62,512 bases of DNA, filler included, from Globobulimina sp. (GCA_003354225.1; 30 parts of 30 records of this genome joined end to end with filler, not necessarily neighbours in it); one strand, 5' to 3'; positions 48,349-61,138 are shown, counted from the first letter of the whole stretch. The notes: generated by a model from the sequence alone, not told the origin. Translations and numbers: made by a program.

Positions 48349-49779
48349 TCACTCTTCTTTTTTAACAACAATCATATTTTCGTCCAATTTGATTTCCAAA
48401 AATGTAAATATAATAAACTGTAAAAATTGTTGAACAAATATAGTTTCCTTATGAAATTTAACATTTTCTTTAAATTGTTCAAATTTCAATTGCTTTTGTG
48501 CTTCGATATCCTGAATATCAAATATATTCAAACAAAACTGATTAACATCACAACCAAACTGTTTCTCCGCATTTTCTTCAACTAATTTTACAAAAGCAAG
48601 CACATCATTGGCTTTTATATATCCATCCCCTTCTCGATCCATCATTGAATAAAACAAAGTCAATCCATCATCAACACGTTCATCTTGATAACATATTGCA
48701 ACGCCAACCAAAAAATCATCAAACATTATAAATTTATTCATCATTTTATGATTATCCCTTTCACCCATTATTAGTTCAAACAAATTCTTTGCTAAAACCT
48801 CATCTTTTATGTGAAATACTGCACAAAATGTGTCCAATGTAATCATCCCGTTATCATCACAATGCGTCAGATATATCTTAGCTAATTCTATAACCGTTTT
48901 TGCCTTCATCTGTAACTGTCGATGACAATCATCCATCACATACGGAGCCATCACAGCTTGCATGCCTTTGGAGTTCCTATCCTCCAAATTGTAAGCAAAT
49001 GCCTGCAACAATAAATCATCGAAGGTATGCGGAGTCAGTGCAGCGCCCAACGTTTCTGCAACAATTTCCCGCACATTTGCTGCAAATGCAACCGGATCAC
49101 TTTGCTCCTGCTCTGATGGCTGATATGGCGCTAAAAATACAACTCGCGCAAAGTTAATAAATTGACAGCAGACATGAATGAATCTAATAAGCATACCACC
49201 GAATAAAGCCATATCACAGAAACAATTTGTATAAATAAGCGCTGTCGGTAGTACTGCAACACCAGGAATAAACGCTCCGTATTTAAACTGCGTTAAAGTT
49301 AAGGTATTGGAACACGTGCCTTGCGGGAAAATAGTCAATGGAACACTATTTGGATCGGTTGCTTGTTTCTTTATGGTATTCACCGCTCCTCTTCGTGCTT
49401 TCTTGCTGGACCGATCCACAAAAACCACCCCAAGCGCTGTCATCATAGCACCAAACATTGGAAGGTTTTGTAATTCTTTTTTCGCCACAAATACAGCGCC
49501 AGTCAAGTAATATACGATCAGTGCATCCACCATCGATATGTGATTGGGAGTGATTATTTTCGGCCATTTGTCAGGCTTCTGACCATTTGCATATTTAATT
49601 GGGATCTGTGGATATGGAACAGTTTTGAAGTGTATGGTGGATGACATATCTCATAGTTCATACCCAGTATAACCCAAAAACGAAAAACAATGCAATTCTA
49701 TCCCATGCTCTTAAATAGAGATTTAATATGAGCGATGTGCCACTTTTGCAGCAACAATTTTTTATGGCGCAACAGAAGA
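48349..49779 (-). CDS. Lysophospholipid acyltransferase (LPCAT-like) with EF-hand region, 5'-truncated
   Basis: NHISMVD, FVAK, VFVDR, IFPQGT, FKYGAFIPG and DREGDGYI. An upstream exon ...RIALFFVFGLYW is spliced to IPIKY (intron about 49606-49663). Confidence 0.88.
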
Positions 49780-50099
49780 ATTAAAAAAAGAATGCAGAAA
49801 ACGGGCAGACAAACTCCGTTAAAAATTGTAAAAGATTCATATGAAAAATCGATAGTAACGTACAATAAATTGAAGAAAGAATATAATGTGGACGCAGCAA
49901 TACGAATTGTTAATATTGGCGAAGGGAATGATGTTTGTGAGACGCCGGTAATTTTTGATCATATAAATGTAGAGTGTAAATTAAAACATTTAATAAAATN
50001 NNNNNNNNNNNNNNNNNNNNNNNNNNNNNNNNNNNNNNNNNNNTTAATTAATTAANNNNNNNNNNNNNNNNNNNNNNNNNNNNNNNNNNNNNNNNNNNN

Positions 50100-52045
50100 A
50101 ACGTTTTTGATGCAAATGCTATTGGTTCGAAGATGCCGTCGTCGTTAATGTGGCCTATCGCGCCACCAATGCCATACTGCGAAGCATCCGTAAATAGATG
50201 CAATGGTCGATTTGGATTGGGATGGATTAAATAATTTGTATTTTGTACGCATTTTCGCAATAAATGGAAGGCGGCGCGCCGTTCTGCAGTCATTTCAAAT
50301 GGAATGCTTTTTTTTAATAATTCACGCAGCGAAGCGGTATATTTGTTCATATCTGGTATGAAATGATGTAAATAATTAATCAAACCCAAAAACCGCATCA
50401 ACTGCTTCTTTGTACGGGGCTGCGGTACATTTATTATTTTATTTTTATATTTATCTGTAACACGTACACCAATTTTATCCACTAAGAAGCCTAAGTATTG
50501 AGTCTCTGATGCTGCCCAGTAACATTTATCAAGTCGTAACTTTATATTATGCGCTATTATCAAATCAAAGACAAGTTTTAGATGTTCCAGATGCTGCGTA
50601 ATGGAGTCGGATGCAATGGCAATGTCGTCAATGTATACGGTGACGAAATCCAAATGGCCAAATATTTTGGTCATTATACGTTGAAAATAATTAGGTGCCT
50701 GCTTCAAACCAAAGGGCATAAAATTCCAATGATATAAATGCCCATTAAACCAGAATGCCGTCAAACGTTTCGTTGCTTCGTCGAGCGGAATATGCCAATA
50801 TCCGCCCTTCATATCTAAAGACGTAATAATATTCTTACCATGGAATTTATGCAGTATTTGTGTGATGTTTGGCAATGGAAAACGGTCGTTTTTCGTGATC
50901 GCGTTCAAACGCCGATAATCAAAAACGATCCGAATATCTCCGGTCTTTTTTGGTATTGGAAATAATGGAGAACGCCATTCGGAGTCTGAATATTCAATTT
51001 TTTTTATATCTCGCAAGTGATTTATTTGACGTTTCATTTCTTCAAAATGCTTTGGACTGTATCGGTATCGCGAGGATCTAATCGGTGTCGTATCGATGTT
51101 ATCTTTAAATTCAATGTGAAATTTGACATCCGGTATGATTCCTGCTTCAAATTCATTTTTTGAAATGATATTTTGATATTGATTTAATAAATTATATATA
51201 GGCGCTTTCGCAGCATCAATCTGTATATTTGCCTGTGTAACGTCGAATGGTTTAGCTCTTGGAATGGGATATTCTTCGCATCGCATATTGTCAAAGAAGT
51301 CACCATCAACGGTATCTTCTGGCGGATGATGGTATGGCTCATATACACGAACTAAATCGTACCCCAATGTACGTATTAAGCTCCTTCCAATTAAATAATC
51401 ATACGGAAGATCATCAATTACATAGAATTTGGTATGGATTTCTTTATTTTTATATTGTATATGAACTGGTAAATATTTAAAGACATCGACATAACCGCTA
51501 CCAGTGCGTACGCGCGATTTACGGCGATCGCGAGCCAAAAATTGTGCATATTTATCTGCAATCTTTTTATTTATACATTGTATATTAGAGCCATCATCGG
51601 CGACGGCAGTGATTGAACCAGAAAAAGGCACATCGATATCAAAAGTTATATGATTTATAGGTACGTCAATGTTGGCAGTATTTATGGTATCCATGGCGTA
51701 TATTTGACGCATTTTATCTTTATTATAATATGGATGGTTCATTAATACATTTGAAAGACATGGAATTTGCGCCGAATTGGTTTCAATCATTTCATCTGAA
51801 TTAGAATCAAATAATTCATCATCATTATCAATATAAATTGCATTATCGGGAGTTATATGGTACGTGTTTGAGATTGGAGATGTATAAAATTGTGGTTGGT
51901 CGGCGGAAGATATTAAGCGTTTATCAGTGTCGTCGCCGCTTATTAAGGAGTATAGTCCGCGAAAGTAGCCATATTCGCTGCTTCTGATTCGATTAATATC
52001 ATTTATTTTTGCTGCTTCTGAAAGTGTTGGATGTTTGTGGGGGTA
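50100..52045 (-). mobile_element. Ty3/Gypsy LTR retrotransposon pol (protease, RT, start of RNase H)
   Basis: ADDGS...LIGR protease; DYRRLN, LDMKGGYWHI, MPFGL and VYIDD RT; FLGLINY; FTDASQYGIG RNase H. Uninterrupted frame. Confidence 0.95.
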
Positions 52046-52185
52046 TTACCACTCCGGGGATTAGACTTAGTTTGTTTAGTTTTATNNNNNNNNNNNNNNN
52101 NNNNNNNNNNNNNNNNNNNNNNNNNNNNNTTAATTAATTAANNNNNNNNNNNNNNNNNNNNNNNNNNNNNNNNNNNNNNNNNNNN

Positions 52186-54171
52186 TATATCAAACAATGC
52201 AAGGTTTGCAATTAACATTGAAAACTCAAACAACACCTTAATAAGAAATTCAGCAATGTACAACAATCAAAATTCAATCAAAATTTTAAATGTAACCAAC
52301 TCAACCATATTCGATAACGAAATTCACAACACATCAAACATTGCAATTAACATTTCATTATCAACAACTAACATCCTAGAAAACAACTCCCTAAACAATT
52401 CAAACACGGCCATTTCTCTATTCAATCTTACAAGCACATCCCTAATCAACAACAACGCCAGAATAAACAATCTCACTTATAATATTCTAAATTCACCAAT
52501 AAATCAATACTTCTTTGTAAATTCATCAATCCAGGTAGAAAACCAGTACGCAAAACTTAAATCATTACAAACAAACATAACAGCCTCCGGAAGCAATCTT
52601 TCAAAAGTAATCCAATTAACATCAAACAACATATTCATTAATACTACCCTAAAGAGCAATTTCAACATTTCAGCAAAGATTACAGTAAAAGATATATCCC
52701 AAACATCACCAAAAGTAATTGTTTCATACGACAACACAAACTGGGAAAATTGCAACTACTGCCAAAATGTAAGTTGGAATGGATCATACTACAAATTCAA
52801 CACAACACGATTTTCAACATACCAAATAGCAGGCGAAGAATCGATTTTAGCATGTCAAAATATTTCAATTTCAAACATGACATACACATTAAATAACAAT
52901 CTCAACACAACAAACAACTGCTTAAATGTAACTGCAAACAATATCTCCCTAAACTTAAACAACAAAATTATTATAGGCAATAACTCAAACATCGGAATTG
53001 AAGTCAGCGGTACCAATGTTACAATAACAAATGGAAAAATCCAATCTTTCAGCAAGGGAATTTCTATTAATAACAAAACAATAAATATATCAGACATTTA
53101 CTTTACAAACAACTCATACGGTCTATACATAAAAAATATATCATCATTCACAATAACAAATCTAACATTTAACAACAACACTTACGGCCTTTACACAAAA
53201 GCTTCCACAAACACTTTCATAAATAGCACATACATCAACAATTATTACGCAATTTTTCTAAATGAATCAAGGGATACAATTAGCTTCAACAACATATACG
53301 ACAATACCATAAACATTCATAGCAATTCATCATCAACAATAAGCGCAATTTACAATTACTTCCAATCAAACTCTACAACCAACATTACCGAAAAACTAAA
53401 TGGAAGTATAACATATAATCCATGGCTCACAACACAAAATCCAGACATAACAGCTCCAACAATTTCAATAAGTAATATTGCAGATGGTGCATCTTGGACT
53501 ACTACATTAACTCCCGTATTTAACGTAGTTTCAGATGATCGAGTATTAGTATGGTACAGAAAAAATACAACATCAGGTTGGACCACTTGGTACGGATGCT
53601 ATACAATTGCTTCAGAAGATGATGGCGATGGAGATTGTACAACAACGGCAGAAGACACAAACGAAACCGTAAAATATCAAATTAACGCAACAAATATTGA
53701 TGGACTAAGTACGAATTTAAATTACACGATTAAAATTACTTATGCCGCTCCTGCAGACAATTCTCCACTGATAACGGGAAGCTCAGGAGGAAGTGGAGGA
53801 AGTGGAAGCACAAGCGACGATTATCTACCAGGCGTAACAGTAAGTCGTACATGGGCAAAAATTGAAGGAAAAAATAACCATACAATAATTCGTGACAATT
53901 TTTCAGTATCAAAAGTTGAATTTGAGTTAGTAAGTACTATTAATAATTCAAAGTTAACAGTAAAAAAATTATTCAGTAAACCTAGTTCCGTTTCCACCAT
54001 CACAAATAGCTATGATTACTTCGATATAAGGTTATCAAATAATGAAAATGAAAATTTTAAAGAATTAACAATTGATTTTGATATTCCAATAAGTTGGTTT
54101 ATTGCTAAAAATTTCACACCACTTGACATACGCATGTATAGGTATTATTCGGGTTGGCAAGAATTAAACAC
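52186..54171 (+). CDS. Archaeal-type surface glycoprotein: parallel beta-helix (NosD/CASH) repeats + Gly/Ser linker + PGF-pre-PGF-like domain; open at both ends
   Basis: NNxYGLY repeats, many NxS/T sequons, FNTTRFSTY, SSGGSGGSG, and LTVKKL..KP..Y.YFDI..TI.F.IP.SW..I.MYRY..W.EL. No introns and a strong A/C skew. Confidence 0.78.
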
Positions 54172-54908
54172 NNNNNNNNNNNNNNNNNNNNNNNNNNNNN
54201 NNNNNNNNNNNNNNNTTAATTAATTAANNNNNNNNNNNNNNNNNNNNNNNNNNNNNNNNNNNNNNNNNNNNCTAGCGCTGCCTATGTTGTGGATATAGTT
54301 TTTAAAAGGCACTTTTTGTGGGACATTTGATGCTATTTGGTTTATTTCAGCGTGTGTTGCAAAAACAAAACGAAATTTTTATTAACTTTTTGAATTATAA
54401 AATATACAGACAGCGGAATTCGCACAATCAGCGAACTAAATAAAATGTTTGATTTGTTTCAGTGTATGTCTATAAAACAAACTAATTCACATTAATGTTT
54501 CAATTTTTAAAATATACAGAAATATAATTAATTGGAGAAAGAAAGAAAGAAAGAAGAATTCCTGTGCCGCTCGTTATGATTTGCTTATTGGTCGAATGGT
54601 TTGTTTCATTCATTAATTTGCTTATAATCCAAACCATTTAAATGCACTAAGTTTTTTAAATAGTCAAAAAAAGTCTGTTCAAGTCTTGACTGTGTGATAT
54701 ATTATAATTTATAAATAGCGCCGAACAGAATGTCTCAAAATATCTTGAGAATTTGCCTGGAACCGCAGACATCGTGGAATTAATTATAAAAAAATGTTCA
54801 AAACCAAATCCGATTGGAATCGAATCGAATCGCACCGAATGGACAGTGACAAAATAAAGAAAGAAAGGTGAAATTAGTTTGAATCCAACCATAAAAATAT
54901 GTCAATAA

Positions 54909-56156
54909 TTAACGGAGATCCTCAATGTCTATTTTACTGTTCTTGCAGTCATGATCCCTGGCATAGCATTTGAGAGATTTGCCAGACATTTGGCCAATAA
55001 TACAACGGTTTTCATGATCGCACAAAGAAATATGACTCGGATTTTGTCGGATTTTATCCAAAAAATCTGGCTCTCTCAACAATGCTCTCCCAATCGAAAC
55101 CAATTCAAATCCAGATTCAAATGCCTTATTTATGTCATCCAATGATGTAATCCCACCCAAATAACATACAACAGCTTCATTTTTACTTTTACTTTGACCT
55201 AAATCCAATCCATTCAATAATTCCAACGAAGTTTGCAACAGAAACATTGATCGAAATTTAACCTTTGGAATCAACCACGGCCCAACCAAACCAATCCCGA
55301 TTTTTTTAACCCACGACACAGACTCCATCACCATCCGATAGATCGGCACACTCCCTCTCATCATAAATATTCCATTCGCTAAAATGAAGCCAGCGGTGGG
55401 AATAACAACATCCGCTCCATTTTGTATTAAAATTTGACAAAATTGTATTGATTCCGCAACAGTAACACCACCATCTACCCCATCATGCGAGTTTATTTTG
55501 ACAAAGATTGGAAACGAATCGCCGCATAATTCACGTATCTTTTTCACGATATCTGCGGCAAACCGGCTCCGGCTTTGCATGGATTGTGCGCCATATTCAT
55601 CGTTGCGATGATTGGTCAACAAAGATAAAAATTGACTGATTAAATATCCATGGCCGCAATGCAAAGTTACTGCGTCGAATCCGCACTGTTTGCATAACAA
55701 CGCTGCTTCGCCAAACTCGTTTATCTTGGTTTTGATATCAATGACACTCATTTCCTTCGCAAATTGGAATGCGGCCCAACTCCATACCCGTGAGGCACTC
55801 AATATCTTTGTTGTTTTATTTTGTGTATATGCATCATTGAAGGGCTCCGCCATGAAGCCAGCGTGCGTCAATTGGATGGATATGGCAGCTGCAGTTTGTT
55901 GATGAATAGTCGATGTCAATTGTTTTAAGCCTGCTTTGTTTTGCGGTAATAGTAGTAATTGGTGAGGGAATGTCCTGCCTTCCACACTGATGCAGCCGTA
56001 AGAGACTGTTATCATTCCTGCATTGTATGCCTGTTCGACATGAAATTGTATCAATGTCTCACTTACTTTGCCATTCAAGGATGCTGACTCGAACGTTGCT
56101 GATTTAATGATTCTGTTTCGTAATACAACGCCGCGGATTTGAATGGATGTATTCAT
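54909..56156 (-). CDS. NADH:flavin oxidoreductase (Old Yellow Enzyme family)
   Basis: LRNRIIKSAT.E, IQLTHAG, GFDAV.LHCGHGYLISQFLS..TN.RNDEYG, GGI and IGRALLREPD. Complete and intronless. Confidence 0.93.
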   Translation of the reverse strand: MNTSIQIRGVVLRNRIIKSATFESASLNGKVSETLIQFHVEQAYNAGMITVSYGCISVEGRTFPHQLLLLPQNKAGLKQLTSTIHQQTAAAISIQLTHAGFMAEPFNDAYTQNKTTKILSASRVWSWAAFQFAKEMSVIDIKTKINEFGEAALLCKQCGFDAVTLHCGHGYLISQFLSLLTNHRNDEYGAQSMQSRSRFAADIVKKIRELCGDSFPIFVKINSHDGVDGGVTVAESIQFCQILIQNGADVVIPTAGFILANGIFMMRGSVPIYRMVMESVSWVKKIGIGLVGPWLIPKVKFRSMFLLQTSLELLNGLDLGQSKSKNEAVVCYLGGITSLDDINKAFESGFELVSIGRALLREPDFLDKIRQNPSHISLCDHENRCIIGQMSGKSLKCYARDHDCKNSKIDIEDLR

Positions 56157-56357
56157 ATAATCTGACGAAATTGATCGCTTTTTGATATTTGTTGGTGATG
56201 CTCTCTCTGCATTCTATGTAATTTGTATATTTGAGTCAGTGTTGACAACGCGACACGNNNNNNNNNNNNNNNNNNNNNNNNNNNNNNNNNNNNNNNNNNN
56301 NTTAATTAATTAANNNNNNNNNNNNNNNNNNNNNNNNNNNNNNNNNNNNNNNNNNNN

Positions 56358-57921
56358 GAGTGAACCCAACACACCATTCTTTAATGAAAACAATGAATTA
56401 ATAACATCATCGCCGGATGGATTGAGTCGATATTCTCAGCCACAAATCCTGCCGCGAACCAAGGGAATAAAGACCATCGCAAAGTTTGCTGAACAGGAAT
56501 CATATAAACACCAATTACCGCCACAGCCACAAATTGAAATCGTTGCTGAAGACGATAACTATATTTTTGTGCATAAACCAGCTGGAATTGCATGCCATGG
56601 CACTGAAGAATATCAATACGAAGCCACTATGGATATAATGGCGGTAAACAAACAAAAACGGAAAAGAAAAAACACAAAAACAAAAACATTTTATGAATTA
56701 TTTATGCAACATTGGTGGACCACATATCCATTTTTCCGCTTCCAACCACGTTTATTGCACAGATTAGACAAAGATGTGTCTGGCATCATGGTATTTGGCA
56801 AGAAATGGTGTGCCGAGGAGCATTTCTCCAATCTCTTACATGGAAATTCCGATTATTTTTATGGCTGCGGAGTTAAGAAATGTTATGTTGCCGTTTGTAA
56901 AGGAATGCCGACCAAAACTGAAGGTTTAATCGAAGGAATGATCAAGAAATCACATTGGAATTACAAACGGTTTGCCATTTATCCAAACAAAGGACAGAAA
57001 TACGTAACCAAAGAGGCCACCGTCGATATGTTTGATAATGAGGACCATAAATATGCTGCGAGTGCCAATAAATCTGTCGCAAACCATGGCGGCAGCCATG
57101 TTAAGACAGAATTTAAAGTGGTCGATACCTGTCAACATGGCAAGATTGGCATTTGCTCATTGATAATATTTACAATCCACACAGGGAAACGGCATCAAAT
57201 ACGAGCCAGTGCCGCTGCTTTGGGCACGCCAATTGTTGGCGATGTGTTGTATGGCGGATCCAAATATAACACATTGTTATTACATTCATTGTTTATCGGC
57301 TTTGAAGGCATAATGGATACGGATTTGTTGTATGCCGTCTCGAGTTTGCCAAAATGGTCGCATTTATCCAATCACTTTTGGTCTACAAAAGCGCAGTATT
57401 ACACGCAGCAACATTTGGATTTCCTCATGACAGTGCCCAGACCTTCGAAAAAGTTAACCAATTTGTTTTGTTTTGCTGTTTGATGAAATTTATAGAAATT
57501 TCAAATATGTTTTTACTGTTTTTTGATTGGTAGACCCCGATCTATACAATATTCGATGCGGAAGGAGAGAGCCGGCTTGAAACGGCAATTGGAACACGGT
57601 AGAAATCATATTTTGTTACCATTTGAACAGCAGCAGGTTAATATGGTTGGTGATGGGAAAAAGAAACAAAAGTTATTGAGTGGGAAGAGTGATGATGGAA
57701 ATAGAAAGGAAATGGAATTGAAATATGATAAATCCGGATTGGAGAAAATGGAGGAATTTGTTACCAGCAATTTTATCGAACAGACATTGTCCACTCATAT
57801 TAAACAAATGGATGAGACTAGAAACAGAAAGGCAAAGGTTTACCAACAAGATATAAAAGATGATGCCTTTGATTCCTTGCTGGAAGGTTCAGTTCCTTCA
57901 CATTTTATGGATCAAGTCTAG
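56358..57921 (+). CDS. RluA-family pseudouridine synthase, 5'-truncated, 1 intron
   Basis: VHKPAG, HRLDKDVSG (catalytic Asp), TGKRHQIR, PIVGDVLYG and LLHS. Intron 57453-57533 joins the C-terminal ORF. Confidence 0.92.
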
Positions 57922-58778
57922 TCTGTGTATAAATATGAGTTTCATTGTTAGAATGAGAATGTATAGTAAAGTAAAGTAAGTAAACATAGTATATAAATAT
58001 TGTTACGTATGATATGTAGCAAAGTGTATGATTTCAGCTGTCAATCATATGTCTACATTACCAATGATTCCATGAGTCCATTAATTTTACAATCAATATT
58101 TGTGACTACAAAATCATTTTTTAATCTGCTAACTTTTACACGTGATAAATAGTTTGATTTTGATTGTAATTCTTTTAATAAAATATTTTTATCGATTGTA
58201 GCATTCAGTTTTCTTAATGTGAATATAAACATAAAATCATTTATTTCCGAATAATCCAACCAATGAATAATTTTCCCAATATTTGATACAAAATCATTTG
58301 GCCTAAATTTTGTGACAATAATATGTATTTTTAATTCATTTCNNNNNNNNNNNNNNNNNNNNNNNNNNNNNNNNNNNNNNNNNNNNTTAATTAATTAANN
58401 NNNNNNNNNNNNNNNNNNNNNNNNNNNNNNNNNNNNNNNNNNACCGCCTCAAGACTCCAAGCCGCCAAATTTAAAAATTGTGTGGAACAATTAAGAGTAT
58501 TCGCAGTCGAACATAACCACAAACTGCCCTCATTGCGGTACATTATGAAAATGTTAAAAGTTGGCTTCGCAACAGCAAACTAAATCATTGCTGAATATGC
58601 GAGAAGTATTGGAAAGACAGTTAAGTACATCCTGACCCCATCGCACATCGACTTTGTTGACAATTTGTTTCTGTATACATTGAACTCTTTTTTTTTTTCC
58701 AAATAACTAATTAATTTATGTTTACATCACTTTTACCTCAAATAAATAAATAACTACGAAAATACGTAGAAAGAGCAA

Positions 58779-60311
58779 GTGATTCAAGACATGACAGTGC
58801 GGCAAGAAAATGAGCGCAAATCGCGTTATAACCGAAAAGGCAAAAAGAGGAAGAAAAACAAAATCAAGCAAGAGAAAAAATGCGATGACACGGATAGTAC
58901 CAATTCGTCACTGTGCAGTTCGCATACTCCCATTGACCATAAACAGCATCATTTACCGCAGAATTTCTCCACAAATCTGAGCTTATTATTGGAGCAAGTG
59001 ACCAACGACGACAATTGGCAGGTATTTGAACGCGAATATCTATGGAATGTAAGCAAATTGGAGTCATTTATAGATTGCTGCAATGATTATATATTTGGTT
59101 TATGCGATTTGGAGGACAAAGTGAAATATGCCATCGCCTGCTATGTGTTGTCAGAGGCGTATTATTCGCGAGAATGGAAGAAAGAAAAAGCATTTTCGTA
59201 TTTTGAAGCCGCGTTGGCTGCGTTTAAACGGTGTAATAAGGAGTTGGGAGTCGGCGAGGGTATACACGGCGGATTGATTGGATATTTCTGGAAAGAGATT
59301 GTGAGTGTATTGATATTGGGCGGTCAGATCTTATTAGAATCGGATGAATTCAGTGCAGCGCAGAAACATTATGACGCCGCCTATGACATTGTGCTGCGGA
59401 TCGACACGGATCCAGAGAGTAAGAAGGAACATTTACATCAATGTCTGCAGCATTTAAGTGTCATACATAGCTATCAACGGAATTATAGCGAGTGCTGCAA
59501 ATTTGGGAAGGCGTTTTTGCAGCAACTCGAGTCCGCGGACATTGAGTCGTTAATTGAGACCAAAGCGTGGCTGTCATGCAATTTGATGTATTGTGATGGT
59601 GTCAGAGATCGCGAAGAAGGGTATAAATATTATAAAGATGTTTTGTTTGAGTCGCAAAATAAAATTGGAAGCAATCATCCCTTTACATATCGCATGTATT
59701 GCTATTTTGCTGTACATTTCATTCGAAATTATCAATGGATGGAAGCGCATTCATTAATGTATAAAATATTGGCGATTAATAACGACACTGAGCTGAGTGA
59801 TAAATGCAAGGAAGATATCCATTTGGTCTTTGTAGATTATATAGAATATATTGGCAAGTTATCATCGTCGGATAAGTGTGTGTTTGTTGTTAAATTTCGA
59901 CAAGAAATCAATGGTATCGTTGAGAAATTGCATTATCAGCATGTTAAATATATAAATGATATAAATAAGAGGTCCATGATACGGCAGAATGAGTATAAAG
60001 AAAAGAATTCCAATATAAAGAAAAGACGAATAGACGATGACGATATAGATATTGTGTTAAATGATAGATTTAATTATAATGTAAATAGTGAATATGAGTG
60101 TTTGTATCCAAAAATTAATATCATTGCTATATTGATAGGTCATATCTCGTTGTTACTAGCAATTGGAAATGAACATTTTGGATATCATATATTAAATGAT
60201 TTGATTAATAAACAAAGTAAATGTTTGAATTCCGATAGCCTGTATTTGAGCAGCTATCCTCTCCATAAAATTAAAGTCAATGATATTAATGCTTTATTAA
60301 ATTTATTGTAA
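58779..60311 (+). CDS. TPR-like helical-repeat protein with basic NLS-like N-terminus
   Basis: 510-aa ORF with A..YFEAAL, A..HY..A and IG.NHP.T TPR-like patterns. Confidence 0.65.
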   Translation: MIQDMTVRQENERKSRYNRKGKKRKKNKIKQEKKCDDTDSTNSSLCSSHTPIDHKQHHLPQNFSTNLSLLLEQVTNDDNWQVFEREYLWNVSKLESFIDCCNDYIFGLCDLEDKVKYAIACYVLSEAYYSREWKKEKAFSYFEAALAAFKRCNKELGVGEGIHGGLIGYFWKEIVSVLILGGQILLESDEFSAAQKHYDAAYDIVLRIDTDPESKKEHLHQCLQHLSVIHSYQRNYSECCKFGKAFLQQLESADIESLIETKAWLSCNLMYCDGVRDREEGYKYYKDVLFESQNKIGSNHPFTYRMYCYFAVHFIRNYQWMEAHSLMYKILAINNDTELSDKCKEDIHLVFVDYIEYIGKLSSSDKCVFVVKFRQEINGIVEKLHYQHVKYINDINKRSMIRQNEYKEKNSNIKKRRIDDDDIDIVLNDRFNYNVNSEYECLYPKINIIAILIGHISLLLAIGNEHFGYHILNDLINKQSKCLNSDSLYLSSYPLHKIKVNDINALLNLL

Positions 60312-61138
60312 ATTGTAAAATCGTATAAAATAATTAATTGCATTATGCTAATTTGGGTTTCTGGTTTTCTGTCTAATTAATAATATTATTTTACAACAAT
60401 AATTTAATACAAGTTGATATTTGTATGNNNNNNNNNNNNNNNNNNNNNNNNNNNNNNNNNNNNNNNNNNNNTTAATTAATTAANNNNNNNNNNNNNNNNN
60501 NNNNNNNNNNNNNNNNNNNNNNNNNNNCCCAGTGCATACAGGGCAATATCCTTTTTATATCCCTCTAGGGTGGCCAATCGAGCGATAAATTGATCGATAA
60601 ATTGGTTCTCCTCTTTGAGGTAGAACAGACCGTCAAAGGTCGTTTCGACAAACCGGTTCGTTGTTTGAGAAGATAAGTCAGACAATAAACCGTGTAGGTC
60701 ATCACCCAGTTGAACTTCATGAGGTCTGGCATACATGTGATGTGTGTGATGACTTTGATCTGTGCTTCACTTCTTTGAGTAGTAACAAATTTAGACAGCA
60801 TGTCTATGATGACCACAGACGTTGGAGTAAATATTGTCACAGAAGAGGCTGACTCTTCATGCAGTTCATTGAATAGCGCATTAAGGACATTCAATGATAT
60901 TGGTAATGGCGCTGATGTAGATAATGAAAGCAACAATAATGATATCAACAATCAATTAAGACGTACTTTGTCTGAATCTATCCATGTATTTGATAGAAAA
61001 TCATCACAATCCTCCATTCAATTGAAAGTTAAAAAATTATTTTGAGTATTTCATTTATTTCCAATTATTACTGAAATCTGTATTAAGTCAGAGATTGAGG
61101 GAGACGAAAATCTGAGTAAAACTGTTGATTTATGGGAT

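Noticed and set aside
12534-57921. An 'RNA repair cluster' of 2H-EFL, RtcA, RluA and Alba
   Set aside because: The genes lie on different contigs ordered only by length, so co-occurrence carries no linkage information.
1990-60527. Regularly spaced TTAATTAATTAA palindromes as a biological repeat or CRISPR-like array
   Set aside because: They are always embedded in fixed N-runs and are synthetic six-frame-stop linkers.
60528-60860. ZZ-type zinc finger (CDVCDDFDLC) upstream of the Tubby-like ORF
   Set aside because: Only half of the motif is present, the frames are broken, and a competing minus-strand ORF exists, so no gene model can be supported.
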